Source: an uncultured Spirochaetota bacterium | GTDB lineage: Bacteria; Spirochaetota; Spirochaetia; SZUA-6; Fen-1364 | Direction: 5' to 3' | Assembly (NCBI GenBank): GCA_963781885.1 | Contig: CAWAHW010000006.1 | Location: 32,001-96,000, forward strand | Length of the DNA stretch: 64,000 bases | Shown here: one piece after another, positions 10,439 to 20,907 of the stretch | How positions within the stretch are numbered: position 1 is the first letter of the stretch | Layout: the number at the start of each line of letters is the position of its first letter | Translations under genes and position numbers: made by a program | The notes under the pieces: model-generated | Told to the model about the DNA's origin: nothing | Seen by the model: the letters and a program-made list of their open reading frames with translations, nothing else | Databases searched by the model: none

Positions 10439-11014
10439 ATGATCTATGCAGTCATTACAGTTGCTTCCTGGGTCGTTTTCATTATCTTTTGGTTAGTCAA
10501 CGCTCCGAAAACTAAGAAGGACACTACCCGTCAAGGTTCATGGTTGACTGCACTTGCCATACGCGTTGGGATAGTCGTTGCAGTTATCTTGCTCCTCCGG
10601 GTGCCCGCCGGTCGTCAACTGCTGCAAAGGAGCCGTGTTCTATTTTCTTACTCAATCCCGGAATTTGGCATCGTGGGTGCGGCTTTGTGCGTCGTTGGCG
10701 TTGCCATTGCTGTTTGGGCAAGGGCCTGCCTGGGCGCTAACTGGAGCTCGCGACCGTCTTTAAAGGCCGACCATGTACTGATCACATCTGGTCCCTACCA
10801 CCTTATCCGTCATCCAATCTACACCGGAATGCTTTTAGCCGCTCTTGGGACGGCGATAGATGTGGGGATTATCGGTCTTGTGATCTTTGTCGTGGTAGCA
10901 GTTGTCTTAATTCGGCGCATCTCAGTCGAGGAGAAGCTGATGATGGGGCTTTTCCAAGAGCAGTACTCATCTTACAAACGCCGCACCAAGGCGTTGATAC
11001 CGTTTGTCGTGTGA
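10439..11014 (+). CDS. Isoprenylcysteine carboxyl methyltransferase family protein (inverted in cassette)
   Basis: LGANWS, GPYHLIRHPIYTG, EEKLM motifs. Confidence 0.88.
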   Translation: MIYAVITVASWVVFIIFWLVNAPKTKKDTTRQGSWLTALAIRVGIVVAVILLLRVPAGRQLLQRSRVLFSYSIPEFGIVGAALCVVGVAIAVWARACLGANWSSRPSLKADHVLITSGPYHLIRHPIYTGMLLAALGTAIDVGIIGLVIFVVVAVVLIRRISVEEKLMMGLFQEQYSSYKRRTKALIPFVV

Positions 11015-11094
11015 TTGACCCGGTAGGTCCCCGTTTGCCTTTCACGACATCCTGAATACACTTGCCGAACGGCATATTACGCAAATTTCAGCCA

Positions 11095-11210
11095 ACCTAA
11101 CATAGAGTTGACCAGCGCCGCCGCATCATCCAGCCCTACATTGACGATTAGGAAGACGTTGGGTCTATCCAGACAAATTCCTAGGCGACTGGTCCAACGA
11201 TTTGTTATAC
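11095..11210 (-). repeat. attC site (family B)
   Basis: Family B arms. Confidence 0.93.
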
Positions 11211-11325
11211 CCATCTTTGACCCAGATGCAACATCGCTATCCGGGGTTCAATGATACCCTAGGTACCGAGGAGAAAGACAGAGCCGACGCTTGACGGGTA
11301 CATACCATGCGTGGTATATTCCAGC

Positions 11326-11679
11326 ATGGCCTACAAAGTCAGACTCCTGCGGCCGGCGGCGGAATTCTTGGACGGTTTGCCTGACCGTCTGAGGGCAAAG
11401 GCCGGCCGAGCGATTGTACTGCTGCGCGAGTTTGGACCTTCCCTTAGGGAGCCCCATTCGAAGAAGGTGTCAGATTGGCCTGGCCTATTTGAGCTGAGAG
11501 TGATACTTGGTCGTGATGCGTGTCGGTTCTTCTACTTTTGGCACAAACAGCAGCTTTACGTCGTGACCTCAGGCTATCTTAAGAAAGGCATGAAATTGGA
11601 GCGAAAGGAGCTTGAAAAGGCTTCGGCGCTCATGAAGCGGTACATGGAGAGTACGGGAGGAAGCGATGAAGGCAATTGA
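11326..11679 (+). CDS. RelE/HigB-like toxin (inverted in cassette)
   Basis: LREPHSKK, LFELR, GYLKK. Confidence 0.85.
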   Translation: MAYKVRLLRPAAEFLDGLPDRLRAKAGRAIVLLREFGPSLREPHSKKVSDWPGLFELRVILGRDACRFFYFWHKQQLYVVTSGYLKKGMKLERKELEKASALMKRYMESTGGSDEGN

Positions 11680-12025
11680 TTTCGACAGATATCTTGAGAC
11701 TCAGATGAAAAATCCTGAGTTTAGGAAGGCCTACGAAGAGCTGGAAGACAAGTACGAGCTTGCGAAGCAGATCATCCGTTTCCGAATAGATCGCAACCTT
11801 ACCCAGGCACAACTGGCCCGTTTGGTAGGAACTTCTCAGCCGGCCATCGCGCGGTTGGAGTCCGGCAATCATAGGAATCTGACGCTGGCATTCCTCTTCA
11901 GGATTGCCAAGGCCCTTGATTTACGAGCCGAGTTGAAGTTCCTTCCGCTTAAGCCCCCGCCGCTGGCCCGTACGCGGGGAGGGCGCAAAAGCTTACGATC
12001 GTCGGCTGCCGCGAGAGCAATGTGA
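11666..12025 (+). CDS. XRE-HTH antitoxin (HigA-like)
   Basis: LTQAQLA..GTSQPAIARLESG. Confidence 0.88.
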   Translation: MKAIDFDRYLETQMKNPEFRKAYEELEDKYELAKQIIRFRIDRNLTQAQLARLVGTSQPAIARLESGNHRNLTLAFLFRIAKALDLRAELKFLPLKPPPLARTRGGRKSLRSSAAARAM

Positions 12026-12045
12026 GTCCAGTGGTCCATAGATGG

Positions 12046-12160
12046 GTATAACATAGAGTTGAGCACCCGGCCCGCATCAGAGCAAGACATTGTGTATTGG
12101 GACAGCGGCGACTGAATCAAGCCAAATTCTTGCCCGGAGTGCTCCAACGATTTGTTATGC
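12046..12160 (-). repeat. attC site (family A)
   Basis: Family A arms. Confidence 0.93.
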
Positions 12161-12184
12161 CGTCCTCTTTTCTTACCCCAAATA

Positions 12185-12586
12185 CTATTCCCTTTTCCTT
12201 CTTTTGGAGCCAAGGTTTCTGAGGATATCTGAGATTTCGGTTTTGGTAGCTTTGCCTTGTGCCACTTTCATCATCATAGAATATAGAGATTCATTTGGAT
12301 CCTCTATCTGAATCCCATTCAAGTCTAGGAATACCAAAGCCGTCGCTAAGGCAGTCCGCTTGTTTCCATCTATGAAAGGATGGTTTTGGCAAATGTGGAA
12401 CGCGTAAGCCGCCGCTTGATCGTAGCGATCCGCATGCAGCAGCTTTCCTTCGAAGGTCGTAATTGGCATTGCCAGGGCGGAGCTAAGCAATGCGGCATCT
12501 CGCAGGCCGTAGCGACCCCCATACTGTTGAATTTGATCTTGAAGGATCAATAGTACCTCGGTCATGGTCAAGAAGCGGGGATTCAA
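12185..12586 (-). CDS. doc: Doc/Fic family toxin
   Basis: HPFIDGNKRT Fic motif. Confidence 0.92.
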   Translation of the reverse strand: MNPRFLTMTEVLLILQDQIQQYGGRYGLRDAALLSSALAMPITTFEGKLLHADRYDQAAAYAFHICQNHPFIDGNKRTALATALVFLDLNGIQIEDPNESLYSMMMKVAQGKATKTEISDILRNLGSKRRKRE

Positions 12587-12589
12587 GTT

Positions 12590-12817
12590 CTACTGCCCCA
12601 GTTTTTTAAGCACGGAACCGTGTCTCTTATTTATTCTGTCCAGACTGTCCAAAAGAGTAGACTCGGCGTCTGGAACATCCTGAGGAGAAATGATGATGTT
12701 GCGGCCGTCGGTAGTAATCTCCAAAAGAGTATCCATTTTAATTTTGAGCAGATCGAGAAGTGCTTTGTCGAGCACGACGGCGGCGCTGTTCCCGTGCTGG
12801 ATGAGTTTCTTTGTCAT
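12590..12817 (-). CDS. AbrB/MazE-like antitoxin
   Basis: KKLIQHGNSAAVVLDK. Confidence 0.85.
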   Translation of the reverse strand: MTKKLIQHGNSAAVVLDKALLDLLKIKMDTLLEITTDGRNIIISPQDVPDAESTLLDSLDRINKRHGSVLKKLGQ

Positions 12818-12927
12818 GAATCTATTGTATACACGGGGTGTATCCTCAGTCAAGTCCAAGCGCCGACTATCATTAACTATAGGGAAGACGGCAAAAGGTC
12901 GCCTATAAGAACCCATTTCTTGGGACG

Positions 12928-13041
12928 GCATAACATAGAGTTCAGCACCCGGCCCGCATCAGATTGCACTACGCCGATTTGCACCGAAAGCGGGTCTATT
13001 CAAGGAAATTCAGCCTGGAGTGCTGCAACGACTTGTTATGT
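12928..13041 (-). repeat. attC site (family C)
   Basis: Family C arms. Confidence 0.93.
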
Positions 13042-13383
13042 TCAAGGCAGAATGGACTTGTAGTCTACGCTACGCAGAAGTCAATTCCTTTGGCCAGAAT
13101 TGCGTCCGTAGGTTTTGCCAAGAGCGGCGTTGCCACGGTCTGCGGGGATTGGGCAACAGGTACGGGCGCAAAGCTGAATGCGGCTCTGTCTCCCGCTGCA
13201 TCCGGACTGAACGGAAGAGAAGAAATACTTGATCGTCCAGGCTTCGGACACCGGAAAGAAAAAGTCTTTCGGACCAGAGGCCGCGATGTTTCAGAAGTCC
13301 AAATGAACCTAACCTCTTGAAGACTCTTTAGCTATCCAAAGATTCTGGAAGAAGGTGAAAGTTCAATTTCCTTAGAACATAAC
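13035..13383. repeat. Gene-less cassette type 1, copy 1 of 5
   Basis: ~350 bp body without credible ORF, repeated in array. Confidence 0.85.
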
Positions 13384-13492
13384 ATAGAGTTGAGCACCCG
13401 GCCCGCATCAGACAAAGACCACAAAGACCTGCTCCGGAATTGGGTCTGATGGACCAAATTCTTGCCCGGAGTGCTCCAACGATTTGTTAGGC
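13377..13492 (-). repeat. attC site (family A)
   Basis: Family A arms. Confidence 0.93.
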
Positions 13493-13497
13493 AGGCC

Positions 13498-14559
13498 TCA
13501 CCAAAATGGAACACAGTGGCAACCAAGACAGCCACGCGATAGTGGAAACAATCTGAGGTCCCCGTTAGTGAAAGTACAGTAGTGGAAGTCAGAAATCGAC
13601 TTGTAGATAGGCGCAAGGTGTTCAATCAAATCTTTCCCTGTCGAGCTCACAACGTCCACGGAGTGAATTGCCCTTAGGTCTTGGTGCCAGTGTGTCCCAT
13701 GATGCGGCGATACTAGGATCAAGAAGTTGGTCCGATCCCTTTTGTTTAATTCCTGAACCACTTGCTGTATCTCCTTGGAATCAAGATCACCTAAAAAGAG
13801 CAATCTATTGTCCTCATGAAACGCCAGGCTAATGTGGTTGGCGGCTCTTTGCAGTGAGTCATTTGCCTTCGTCACTGCAGGACGCAGCTCTTTTCGACCC
13901 TTCGCAGACCACTTCTGGATGGTGCCAACAGGTTCGTACTCTTTGAACCCGTCCGCTTCCTCAAGCGAAGCGGACACATACCCGTCTAGGTCAAGGCGAT
14001 CGTGGATTTCAGCAAGCTCTGGGTCAGCACGTTTCGCATCGCCGAAATCGGCGATAGCGTGTTCTACGGCAGCTACGAAGTCAGCGTCTTGGTATTCGCT
14101 TGGCGGCCACAGAACCTCAAGCTTAACTCCTTCCACCATGACACTTTCGCCGGCGGAGAGTGCTCGGTACTTTGGTTTCCTGCCTGTGACCTGAAAGAGT
14201 AGTTCCAGAAGTTCCGCCTCCCTACTTCCAGTCATCTGTCCCATCAGAAAGCAGTTCATAGCAAATAGACAGCTCAAATACTCACGTCTTTGGGGAAAAC
14301 TGGGAACCCGAGGGAAACACACGACGCGAAGGCCATCCCATTCGTGGTTACTCGTTCGCAACGCGTACAGCAAGCCGTTATAGTGGTCGTAGTGAAAGTG
14401 CGAAAGCACGAACGCCTCTGGGTTCACTTCCCTCGGGCCTCGGTTGAACGCTGTCTCCGGCCTGTCCGCGCCGCAGTCGATTTGGATGTGGCTATGTTGA
14501 ACAGTAAGAATCCTCGCTGAAAGCCCACTGCCAACGTCGGGAACACTTAGCGCTATCAC
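13498..14559 (-). CDS. Metallo-beta-lactamase-fold hydrolase (ComEC/Rec2-like)
   Basis: DVGSG, IDCG, SHFHYDH, GD, HHG motifs. Confidence 0.85.
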   Translation of the reverse strand: MIALSVPDVGSGLSARILTVQHSHIQIDCGADRPETAFNRGPREVNPEAFVLSHFHYDHYNGLLYALRTSNHEWDGLRVVCFPRVPSFPQRREYLSCLFAMNCFLMGQMTGSREAELLELLFQVTGRKPKYRALSAGESVMVEGVKLEVLWPPSEYQDADFVAAVEHAIADFGDAKRADPELAEIHDRLDLDGYVSASLEEADGFKEYEPVGTIQKWSAKGRKELRPAVTKANDSLQRAANHISLAFHEDNRLLFLGDLDSKEIQQVVQELNKRDRTNFLILVSPHHGTHWHQDLRAIHSVDVVSSTGKDLIEHLAPIYKSISDFHYCTFTNGDLRLFPLSRGCLGCHCVPFW

Positions 14560-14597
14560 TTGCTATCTCCTTTGTTGCACTTAACATATTCTGGCCT

Positions 14598-14713
14598 GCC
14601 TAACATAGAGTTCAGTACCCGGCCCGCATCAGAACGGCACCACACCGATTTGCACCGGCACTGGGTCTCTCCAACAAGATTCTAGCCCGGAGTACTGCAA
14701 CGACTTGTTATGT
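14598..14713 (-). repeat. attC site (family C)
   Basis: Family C arms. Confidence 0.93.
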
Positions 14714-14807
14714 CCATCTTCTCTAGGACGTCACAACTTCGATATCAAATGCTCATTTCTCCTATCCGGTTGCTTCAGCGACCTAGTTGCGACTCAAAGG
14801 GTCTATT

Positions 14808-15212
14808 TCAAGAGCCTTCCTGAGTGGCATGAGAACGGTTTGCTTTGGCCTCCTGCAGTCGATAAAATAGTAGGCCCAAAAGCAGAAGGGCAGGCAGCCC
14901 TACCGCGCAAAGCCAGCCAGCAGCGATAGTGGGCCAAGTCGTTGCGTTTTTGAAGGCGTAGATGCCGATCGCCAATGAACCTCCGGATAGCAGAATGGCG
15001 ATGATCCAACTTATGCGCTTCTTCCAAGCGTAGGTTGCAGGAAAGGCCACGGCGCCCCCGAAGATAAAGGACGGTATCCCAATGACGAGAATGACGGCGC
15101 TGGGAAAGCCGAAAATGCTAGTTGGATGGATAAACACATCAATTCCCACCGCAATGGAGACTAACGAAGCAATCCCGGCTACGATGATCATTCTGGCATT
15201 TCTGCTTTCCAT
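14808..15212 (-). CDS. Hypothetical membrane protein (4 TM)
   Basis: Hydrophobic segments, AGGAGG RBS. Confidence 0.75.
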   Translation of the reverse strand: MESRNARMIIVAGIASLVSIAVGIDVFIHPTSIFGFPSAVILVIGIPSFIFGGAVAFPATYAWKKRISWIIAILLSGGSLAIGIYAFKNATTWPTIAAGWLCAVGLPALLLLGLLFYRLQEAKANRSHATQEGS

Positions 15213-15325
15213 ATCTCAGCCTCCTTCGGTAGTTAAGCAATAGGAGTCAAGTTCTGCAAGCTCTGCCTTCTGTGGCACCTTATCCAAGCGATTGTGGGTT
15301 GGTACCTATCACGATCTTTTGATGG

Positions 15326-15439
15326 ACATAACATAGAGTTGAGCACCCGGCCCGCATCAAAGGGCAGATTGTGTACAAGAACATTGCCGACCGATTCAAG
15401 CCAAATTCTTGCCCGGAGTGCTCCAACGATTTGTTATCT
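15326..15439 (-). repeat. attC site (family A)
   Basis: Family A arms. Confidence 0.93.
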
Positions 15440-15517
15440 GGTTTCACTCTTTCTACATTTTGCTAGGCAGAAATACGAGCCAATTCTCTCTTGTTATTTG
15501 CCATAAGATTCCCTTTT

Positions 15518-15991
15518 TCAATTGATATCTCCGTGATAAATAGGGATAGAACTATTTCTAATGTCTTTGAAATACTTCCTCATAGCTAACGGATAGAGTC
15601 TGTGATCCTCAAGCTGGTCCAGCTCAAGCCATGCAACTCCATTTTGGCCTTTATCAGGCACGGCACCGATGCCGGGTACCTCTCCAGTACGTAGTTTGCA
15701 TTCAAACATAAACTCGATTTGATGGGCATCATAATCAATATTCTTGAATTCATGGTTGCCGGAAAAGTACTCACGAATGAATCTAAGAGGTCCTATTTCA
15801 ACATGTACATTCACTTCCTCGAGACATTCGCGAATCAGGGCTTCTTCTAACGTCTCATGGGGTTCCTGTCCGCCTCCTGGAAGGAGGTACCAATCACCTT
15901 CATCGTCTTTGGCACGCATCACCAGAATCCGGCCGCTGTCGATAATTATGGCCTTTGCGGAGTTTCTAATTGTTGTAGCCCTTCCGCTCAT
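15518..15991 (-). CDS. NUDIX hydrolase
   Basis: LPGGGQEPHETLEEALIRECLEE Nudix box. Confidence 0.92.
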   Translation of the reverse strand: MSGRATTIRNSAKAIIIDSGRILVMRAKDDEGDWYLLPGGGQEPHETLEEALIRECLEEVNVHVEIGPLRFIREYFSGNHEFKNIDYDAHQIEFMFECKLRTGEVPGIGAVPDKGQNGVAWLELDQLEDHRLYPLAMRKYFKDIRNSSIPIYHGDIN

Positions 15992-16089
15992 TCTCTCTCC
16001 CCCCGCCCACTAGTGCCGGCCTCAGCCGTACGAAAGTTCTGCCCACTGTACGCCGCGTAGACGCTTTTTGTCACCACGATTTTGAAACC

Positions 16090-16205
16090 AGATAACATAG
16101 AGTTGACCAGCGCCGCCGCATCATCCAGCCCCACCCCGACGATTAGGAAGACGTTGGGTCTAAACAGAGTACATCCCAGGCGACTGGTCCAACGATTTGT
16201 TAGGT
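16090..16205 (-). repeat. attC site (family B)
   Basis: Family B arms. Confidence 0.93.
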
Positions 16206-17021
16206 TCAAGATCTTGCCATGAAATCAATTGTCCGCGCGTACATTTCATTCATTTTTCTATCTTTGGAGAGCAGTCCATCATAATAAGTAGCATAGGCGA
16301 TGTACGTCATATCATCAACGTCGTTTTGAAGCTTCTCAATCGGCAAATTCGCATATCCTCCTTTTGCGATCCACCTCATCGCAAGCAAGTAGCCAGCTAG
16401 GGAGAATCTGAAAAGGTAATTGTCCTTCACCAGGCGTGCATCTTTCAGAAAGAACCCGTGCCCTTTCATGAGGCGTGCGATTGTAATCAATATATGCTTG
16501 AGCATCCTTTCGTAAAGCGCTTGGCTGTATCCGGCATCTGCGCGTAACTCCCTCAATTCGTCCGGCGGAAAGGCCTCACTGAATTCACCAATCGCCTTAA
16601 GTATCAGCTTTGTGGATTCCATTCGTTTCTGAATAAAATCATGTGCTTCGCGCCCCATCCGCTCGATCTGAGCGAGTTCAGGCGACAGCCGTTTAGGATC
16701 GATGCGGTAGATCTGTCCGCAAAAAGCGCTAAAGTTGGCGGTTTGTTTCCAGTCAATGAGAAGGCGCCGGAGCCGTTTGTTTCCGCGTTGCGTCAACCTT
16801 GCGACGGTCTGCGTCTTCTTGAGTATGACAACTTGCTGTGGATACTTCGAGATGATCTCCAAGGAGCGCTGAAGGTTTGTTATGGCGTTACCTTTGTACA
16901 TCTCCATTGCTGCATCGTCTGGGAACACCGCGAAGTTTCCGGCTGAAAGAAAGTTGTGGAGAGCCGGATTTGGTTCCCTGAGGAAGTTCTGGTCAACCAC
17001 TTTATAAGTTAATGCGCTCAC
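16206..17021 (-). CDS. Hypothetical protein, possibly PIN-like acidic motifs
   Basis: 271 aa fills cassette; VVDQNFL, NDVDD, LLSKD. Confidence 0.7.
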   Translation of the reverse strand: MSALTYKVVDQNFLREPNPALHNFLSAGNFAVFPDDAAMEMYKGNAITNLQRSLEIISKYPQQVVILKKTQTVARLTQRGNKRLRRLLIDWKQTANFSAFCGQIYRIDPKRLSPELAQIERMGREAHDFIQKRMESTKLILKAIGEFSEAFPPDELRELRADAGYSQALYERMLKHILITIARLMKGHGFFLKDARLVKDNYLFRFSLAGYLLAMRWIAKGGYANLPIEKLQNDVDDMTYIAYATYYDGLLSKDRKMNEMYARTIDFMARS

Positions 17022-17043
17022 TTCGGCAAACCTACATTCTTGA

Positions 17044-17158
17044 ACCTAACATATAGTTGAGCACCCGGCCCGCATCAGAGCCGCATCACCTCGATTTGCT
17101 CCGGAATTGAGCCTATCCAGGAAAATTGAGTCCGGAGTGCTCCAACGTGTTGTTAGAT
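17044..17158 (-). repeat. attC site (family A variant)
   Basis: Family A arms; near-identical to 20348-20462. Confidence 0.92.
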
Positions 17159-17408
17159 TCAAGAAATCTTTTCAACCGAAGCAAGGCGGACATTGTGAAC
17201 GAGCGTGAACATCTCCAGAGCACAGGCATCTGCTGTAGACACGTATTTAGGCAGCAACTGAACTTACGGCGGATGGTCTAGTGAAGTGCAAGTCTGCTGT
17301 AGCGTTGCCATTAGCCATAGAATTCCAGAAACTTGAGAAAAGCGACGGTTGCACTTTGGAAAAGGAACGAGTGAAAAAGACAACTTCTAATTGAAGATTG
17401 AATCTAAC
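17152..17408. repeat. Gene-less cassette type 2, copy 1 of 2
   Basis: ~256 bp, no ORF >=60 aa within the body; homolog at 20456-20711. Confidence 0.8.
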
Positions 17409-17517
17409 ATAGAGTTGACCAGCGCCGCCGCATTATCAAGCCGCACACCGACGATTAGGATAAAGTTGGGTCTAAGCAGATAAAATCCTAGGCGACTGGT
17501 CCAACGATTTGTTATGC
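17402..17517 (-). repeat. attC site (family B)
   Basis: Family B arms. Confidence 0.93.
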
Positions 17518-17544
17518 ATTCAACCTTCTGGCTGTCAGTCATCA

Positions 17545-18073
17545 CTATTCTCTTGCTGAAATTCTATTTCCTTCCGTTGCCGGCTCAATCTGCGTTCTCA
17601 AGGCCGCGAGGCGTTCCTTTGCTGTTCCGGTTTCACGTAGGCCAAGACCCTTTCTCATCTGACCGCCAAAGCTGTAATTGTTGTTGACGCTTCCGTTCAG
17701 CGGCGTTGCTTCCTCGTCGGAGAGTATTACTACTTCAGTTTGGCTCATAATCTCATGGATGACTGCTTGGGAGACAACATTGGCACGGGTCTTGGCCTTC
17801 AATAGTTCATTGAAAGTGGCTTCTATAGGCCATAGGTGCTCATACATTACCTTCGCTGGTTCCTTTTGATATTGAATCCAGGCTCTCTTGGTAAAGCGAA
17901 AGTATCTTTTGTACAGGTCGAACGCCTTATAAGGCTCCTGGCTATCCATGTCGAATTTCCGGATAGTGTCTTATCAGAGTTTTTATGGTGACTTTGAATG
18001 CTGGCTTTGACAGAAGAAGCAACCTTTCGCACAGACTCTGATACGGTGTAATGGACGAAGAGGCAGTTTCCAA
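17545..18073 (-). pseudogene. Degraded paralog of 662-1228 gene
   Basis: 30-nt in-frame deletion near 18010, +1 T near 17955, earlier stop. Confidence 0.75.
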
Positions 18074-18214
18074 ATGGCGTTCTCCTTGCAAGTTGAATCA
18101 AGCAAGTCAGGTTAGCAGGATTCAACGCCTCCTTAAAGGGGAAGAAAAGCGATGTAGTCTACGTGAAAAATTGCAGCCTTTTAGCAAAAAGCGTCACCTG
18201 CTACATTCTTGAAT

Positions 18215-18329
18215 GCATAACATAGAGTTGAGCACCCGGCCCGAATCAGAACAAAACCACAAAGATTGGCTCCGGAAGCGGGTCTATTGCACCAAATTCA
18301 GCCTGGAGTGCTCCAACGATTTGTTAGAT
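18215..18329 (-). repeat. attC site (family A)
   Basis: Family A arms. Confidence 0.93.
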
Positions 18330-18345
18330 CCGCGTCTTTTTGAGG

Positions 18346-18687
18346 TCAAAGAGCAAACATTTCCTGGAGAACATTTAGAGTTTTTTCTAGAATGGGATTG
18401 GGTAGACGACCCAGCGGTCTTATTAGGCGGATCCTATCTACGGTTCTAATCTGATCAAGCACAATGTGTCCGGTTTTTCCTTTGAATCGACACTCAACAC
18501 GGAAAGGGTAAGAATAGCTGCCTGTGGTCATTGGTGCCACGACAAAAGTACGCAGATGTTGATTCAATTCGTCTGGCGATACTACAACACATGGTCTGGC
18601 CTTTTTGATTTCCTGGCCTTTTGTGGGGTCTAAGCTTACGAGCACAACGTCGCCACGCTTGATCTCCGTTGATTCTACCATTGCCAT
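18346..18687 (-). CDS. mazF: MazF/PemK toxin
   Basis: RGDV..LDPTKGQEIKKARPCVVVS, DQIRTVD. Confidence 0.92.
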   Translation of the reverse strand: MAMVESTEIKRGDVVLVSLDPTKGQEIKKARPCVVVSPDELNQHLRTFVVAPMTTGSYSYPFRVECRFKGKTGHIVLDQIRTVDRIRLIRPLGRLPNPILEKTLNVLQEMFAL

Positions 18688-18923
18688 TCAGTCTCATCAA
18701 AAATGGTTGAGTTGCTGTTGTCAATCAAGACATCACCGTTTCGATCATCTAGTAGCTTTGCTGAGTCAGCCCAGTCGCTTCGCGGCTTCAGGTTTGAGGT
18801 AATGATTATAGAGCCCTCTTTAACGTGGATATCTACGTCATCATTGAGTCCGGCTTCCTCGATCATTGGCTTCGGTAGTCTTACGCCGCGGGAGTTGCCA
18901 ATTTGTACAAGCCTAGCTTTCAT
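18675..18923 (-). CDS. mazE: MazE/AbrB antitoxin
   Basis: LVQIGNSRGVRLPK. Confidence 0.9.
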   Translation of the reverse strand: MKARLVQIGNSRGVRLPKPMIEEAGLNDDVDIHVKEGSIIITSNLKPRSDWADSAKLLDDRNGDVLIDNSNSTIFDETEWQW

Positions 18924-19085
18924 AGAAAATGCCTCCAGATGGTAATTACATTATATATACCGAGAAGGCAATTTGTCAAGCCTGCAAAAGAACGTGTACT
19001 AGCTATGACGGTACGCCTACTCTCCAATTCATTTGTGTACTGAAGATGGCAGCTTCTACTAAAGAGACAAACCGTTCTTGAGCGG

Positions 19086-19199
19086 ATCTAACATAGAGTT
19101 CAGCACCCGGCCCGCATCAGATTGCACTACGCCGATTTGCACCGAAAGCGGGTCTATTCAAGGAAATTCAGCCTGGAGTGCTGCAACGATTTGTTATGT
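19086..19199 (-). repeat. attC site (family C)
   Basis: Family C arms. Confidence 0.93.
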
Positions 19200-19541
19200 T
19201 CAAGGCAGAATGGACTTGTAGTCTACGCTACGCAGAAGTCAATTCCTTTGGCCAGAATTGCGTCCGTAGGTTTTGCCAAGAGCGGCGTTGCCACGGTCTG
19301 CGGGGATTGGGCAACAGGTACGGGCGCAAAGCTGAGTGCGGCTCTGTCTCCCGCTGCATCCGGACTGAACGGAAGAGAAGAAATACTTGATCGTCCAGGC
19401 TTGGGACACCGGAAAGAAAAAGTCTTTCGGACCAGAGGCCGCGATGTTTCAGAAGTCCAAATGAACCTAACCTCTTGAAGACTCTTTAGCTATCCAAAGA
19501 TTCTGGAAGAAGGTGAAAGTTCAATTTCCTTAGAACATAAC
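19193..19541. repeat. Gene-less cassette type 1, copy 2
   Basis: Near-identical to 13035-13383. Confidence 0.85.
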
Positions 19542-19649
19542 ATAGAGTTCAGCACCCGGCCCGCATCAGAACAGCACCACTCCGATTGGCACCGGCCGCG
19601 GGTCTATTGGAGCAGATTCTGCCTGGAGTGCTGCAACGACTTGTTATGT
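19535..19649 (-). repeat. attC site (family C)
   Basis: Family C arms. Confidence 0.93.
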
Positions 19650-19669
19650 TCCCCATGCTTTGGATAGAG

Positions 19670-19975
19670 TCATTTCCGATAGGAATCCTTCCGATTCTCG
19701 AAAGCAAGGATGTAGATGTACTTCTTCTCCGGATCAACAGTATAGAATAGGCGATAGTCTCCTATCCGATACCTGAATATTGACTTCAATTCCCCTTTGA
19801 GTCGCTTGATGTTTGGTCCGAAATACGGATTGCCGCGGAGTCGCGGGTAGACATCTTCAATCAGCTTCTTATAGTACCGTTTGTTGGTCGGAGTTTCTAT
19901 CCGCTTTCGAAAGGTAGCGGTTTCGGCTATTTGGAACTCACTGGACGAGGCGATAACCACCTCGCTTAATATCAT
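19670..19975 (-). CDS. RelE/ParE toxin (start uncertain)
   Basis: IKRLKG, RYRIGDYRLFY, NRKDSY. Confidence 0.88.
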   Translation of the reverse strand: MILSEVVIASSSEFQIAETATFRKRIETPTNKRYYKKLIEDVYPRLRGNPYFGPNIKRLKGELKSIFRYRIGDYRLFYTVDPEKKYIYILAFENRKDSYRK

Positions 19976-20180
19976 CCATTGCCTTGGAGAGGGTCTGAAT
20001 GAGTTCCTTGTCTTCGGAAATGCCTTTCATCTCATCGTTGTCAACAAAGTTGCTTTGCTCCACATAAGACATGGTTGCATATTCCATAAAGTTCGATATG
20101 GTTCTCCGCTCTGATTCGGCGGCGGACTTAATCCTCTTGTAGGTCGCATCATCAATACGCACAGTAACGGTCTTTGCCAT
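19938..20180 (-). CDS. RHH/CopG antitoxin
   Basis: KTVTVRIDD..AESERRTISNF. Confidence 0.85.
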   Translation of the reverse strand: MAKTVTVRIDDATYKRIKSAAESERRTISNFMEYATMSYVEQSNFVDNDEMKGISEDKELIQTLSKAMDDIKRGGYRLVQ

Positions 20181-20347
20181 TTGGGTCAGCCTCCGAGAGC
20201 AATAGTATTCTATTGTGTTCAGAATGTCAATTGGCTATTCAATCGAGCTGGCACCCCAGGGTCGGAATGTGGCATTGAGCGGCATGCCGTCCTACTGGCA
20301 CTCGATACGGCGCCTTGGAGTTTTTCGAAATTTGACTCCTCTGGGGA

Positions 20348-20462
20348 ACATAACATATAGTTGAGCACCCGGCCCGCATCAGAGCCGCATGAGCACGATT
20401 TGCTCCGGAATTGAGCCTATCCAGGAAAATTGAGTCCGGAGTGCTCCAACGTGTTGTTAGAT
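20348..20462 (-). repeat. attC site (family A variant)
   Basis: Family A arms. Confidence 0.92.
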
Positions 20463-20711
20463 TCAAGAAATCTTTTCAGCCGATGCAAGGCGGACATTGT
20501 GCATGAGCGTGAACATCTCCAGAGCACAGGCATCTGCTGTAGACACGTATTTAGGCAGCAACTGAACTTACGGCAGATGGTCTATTGAAGTGCAAGCCTG
20601 CTATAGCATTGCGATCAACCATGGAATTCCAGAATCTCAGCAAGGCGGCGGTGGTTCTTTGAATCAGGAATGTGCGAAAAAGACAACTTCTAATTGAAGA
20701 TTGAATCTAAC
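20456..20711. repeat. Gene-less cassette type 2, copy 2
   Basis: Diverged copy of 17152-17408. Confidence 0.8.
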
Positions 20712-20819
20712 ATAGAGTTGACCAGCGCCGCCGCATCAACCAGCCCCACCCGACGATTAGGGCAACGTTGGGTCTATCCAGACAAAATCTCAGGCGACTG
20801 GTCCAACGATTTGTTAGGC
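20705..20819 (-). repeat. attC site (family B)
   Basis: Family B arms. Confidence 0.93.
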
Positions 20820-20907
20820 GTTTTCTTTCCGTCTTTGCTTAAATAGTGGGATGCAGCGCTTGCGTTCTATCAGCCGGTTTGTGATTTCCCTCCTATGCTG
20901 ACGCAGA

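Noticed and set aside
12964-13320. Recurrent 118-aa and 70-aa + strand ORFs in gene-less cassette type 1
   Set aside because: They start inside the attC without an RBS, recur only because the DNA is duplicated, and the long frame is disrupted in diverged copies
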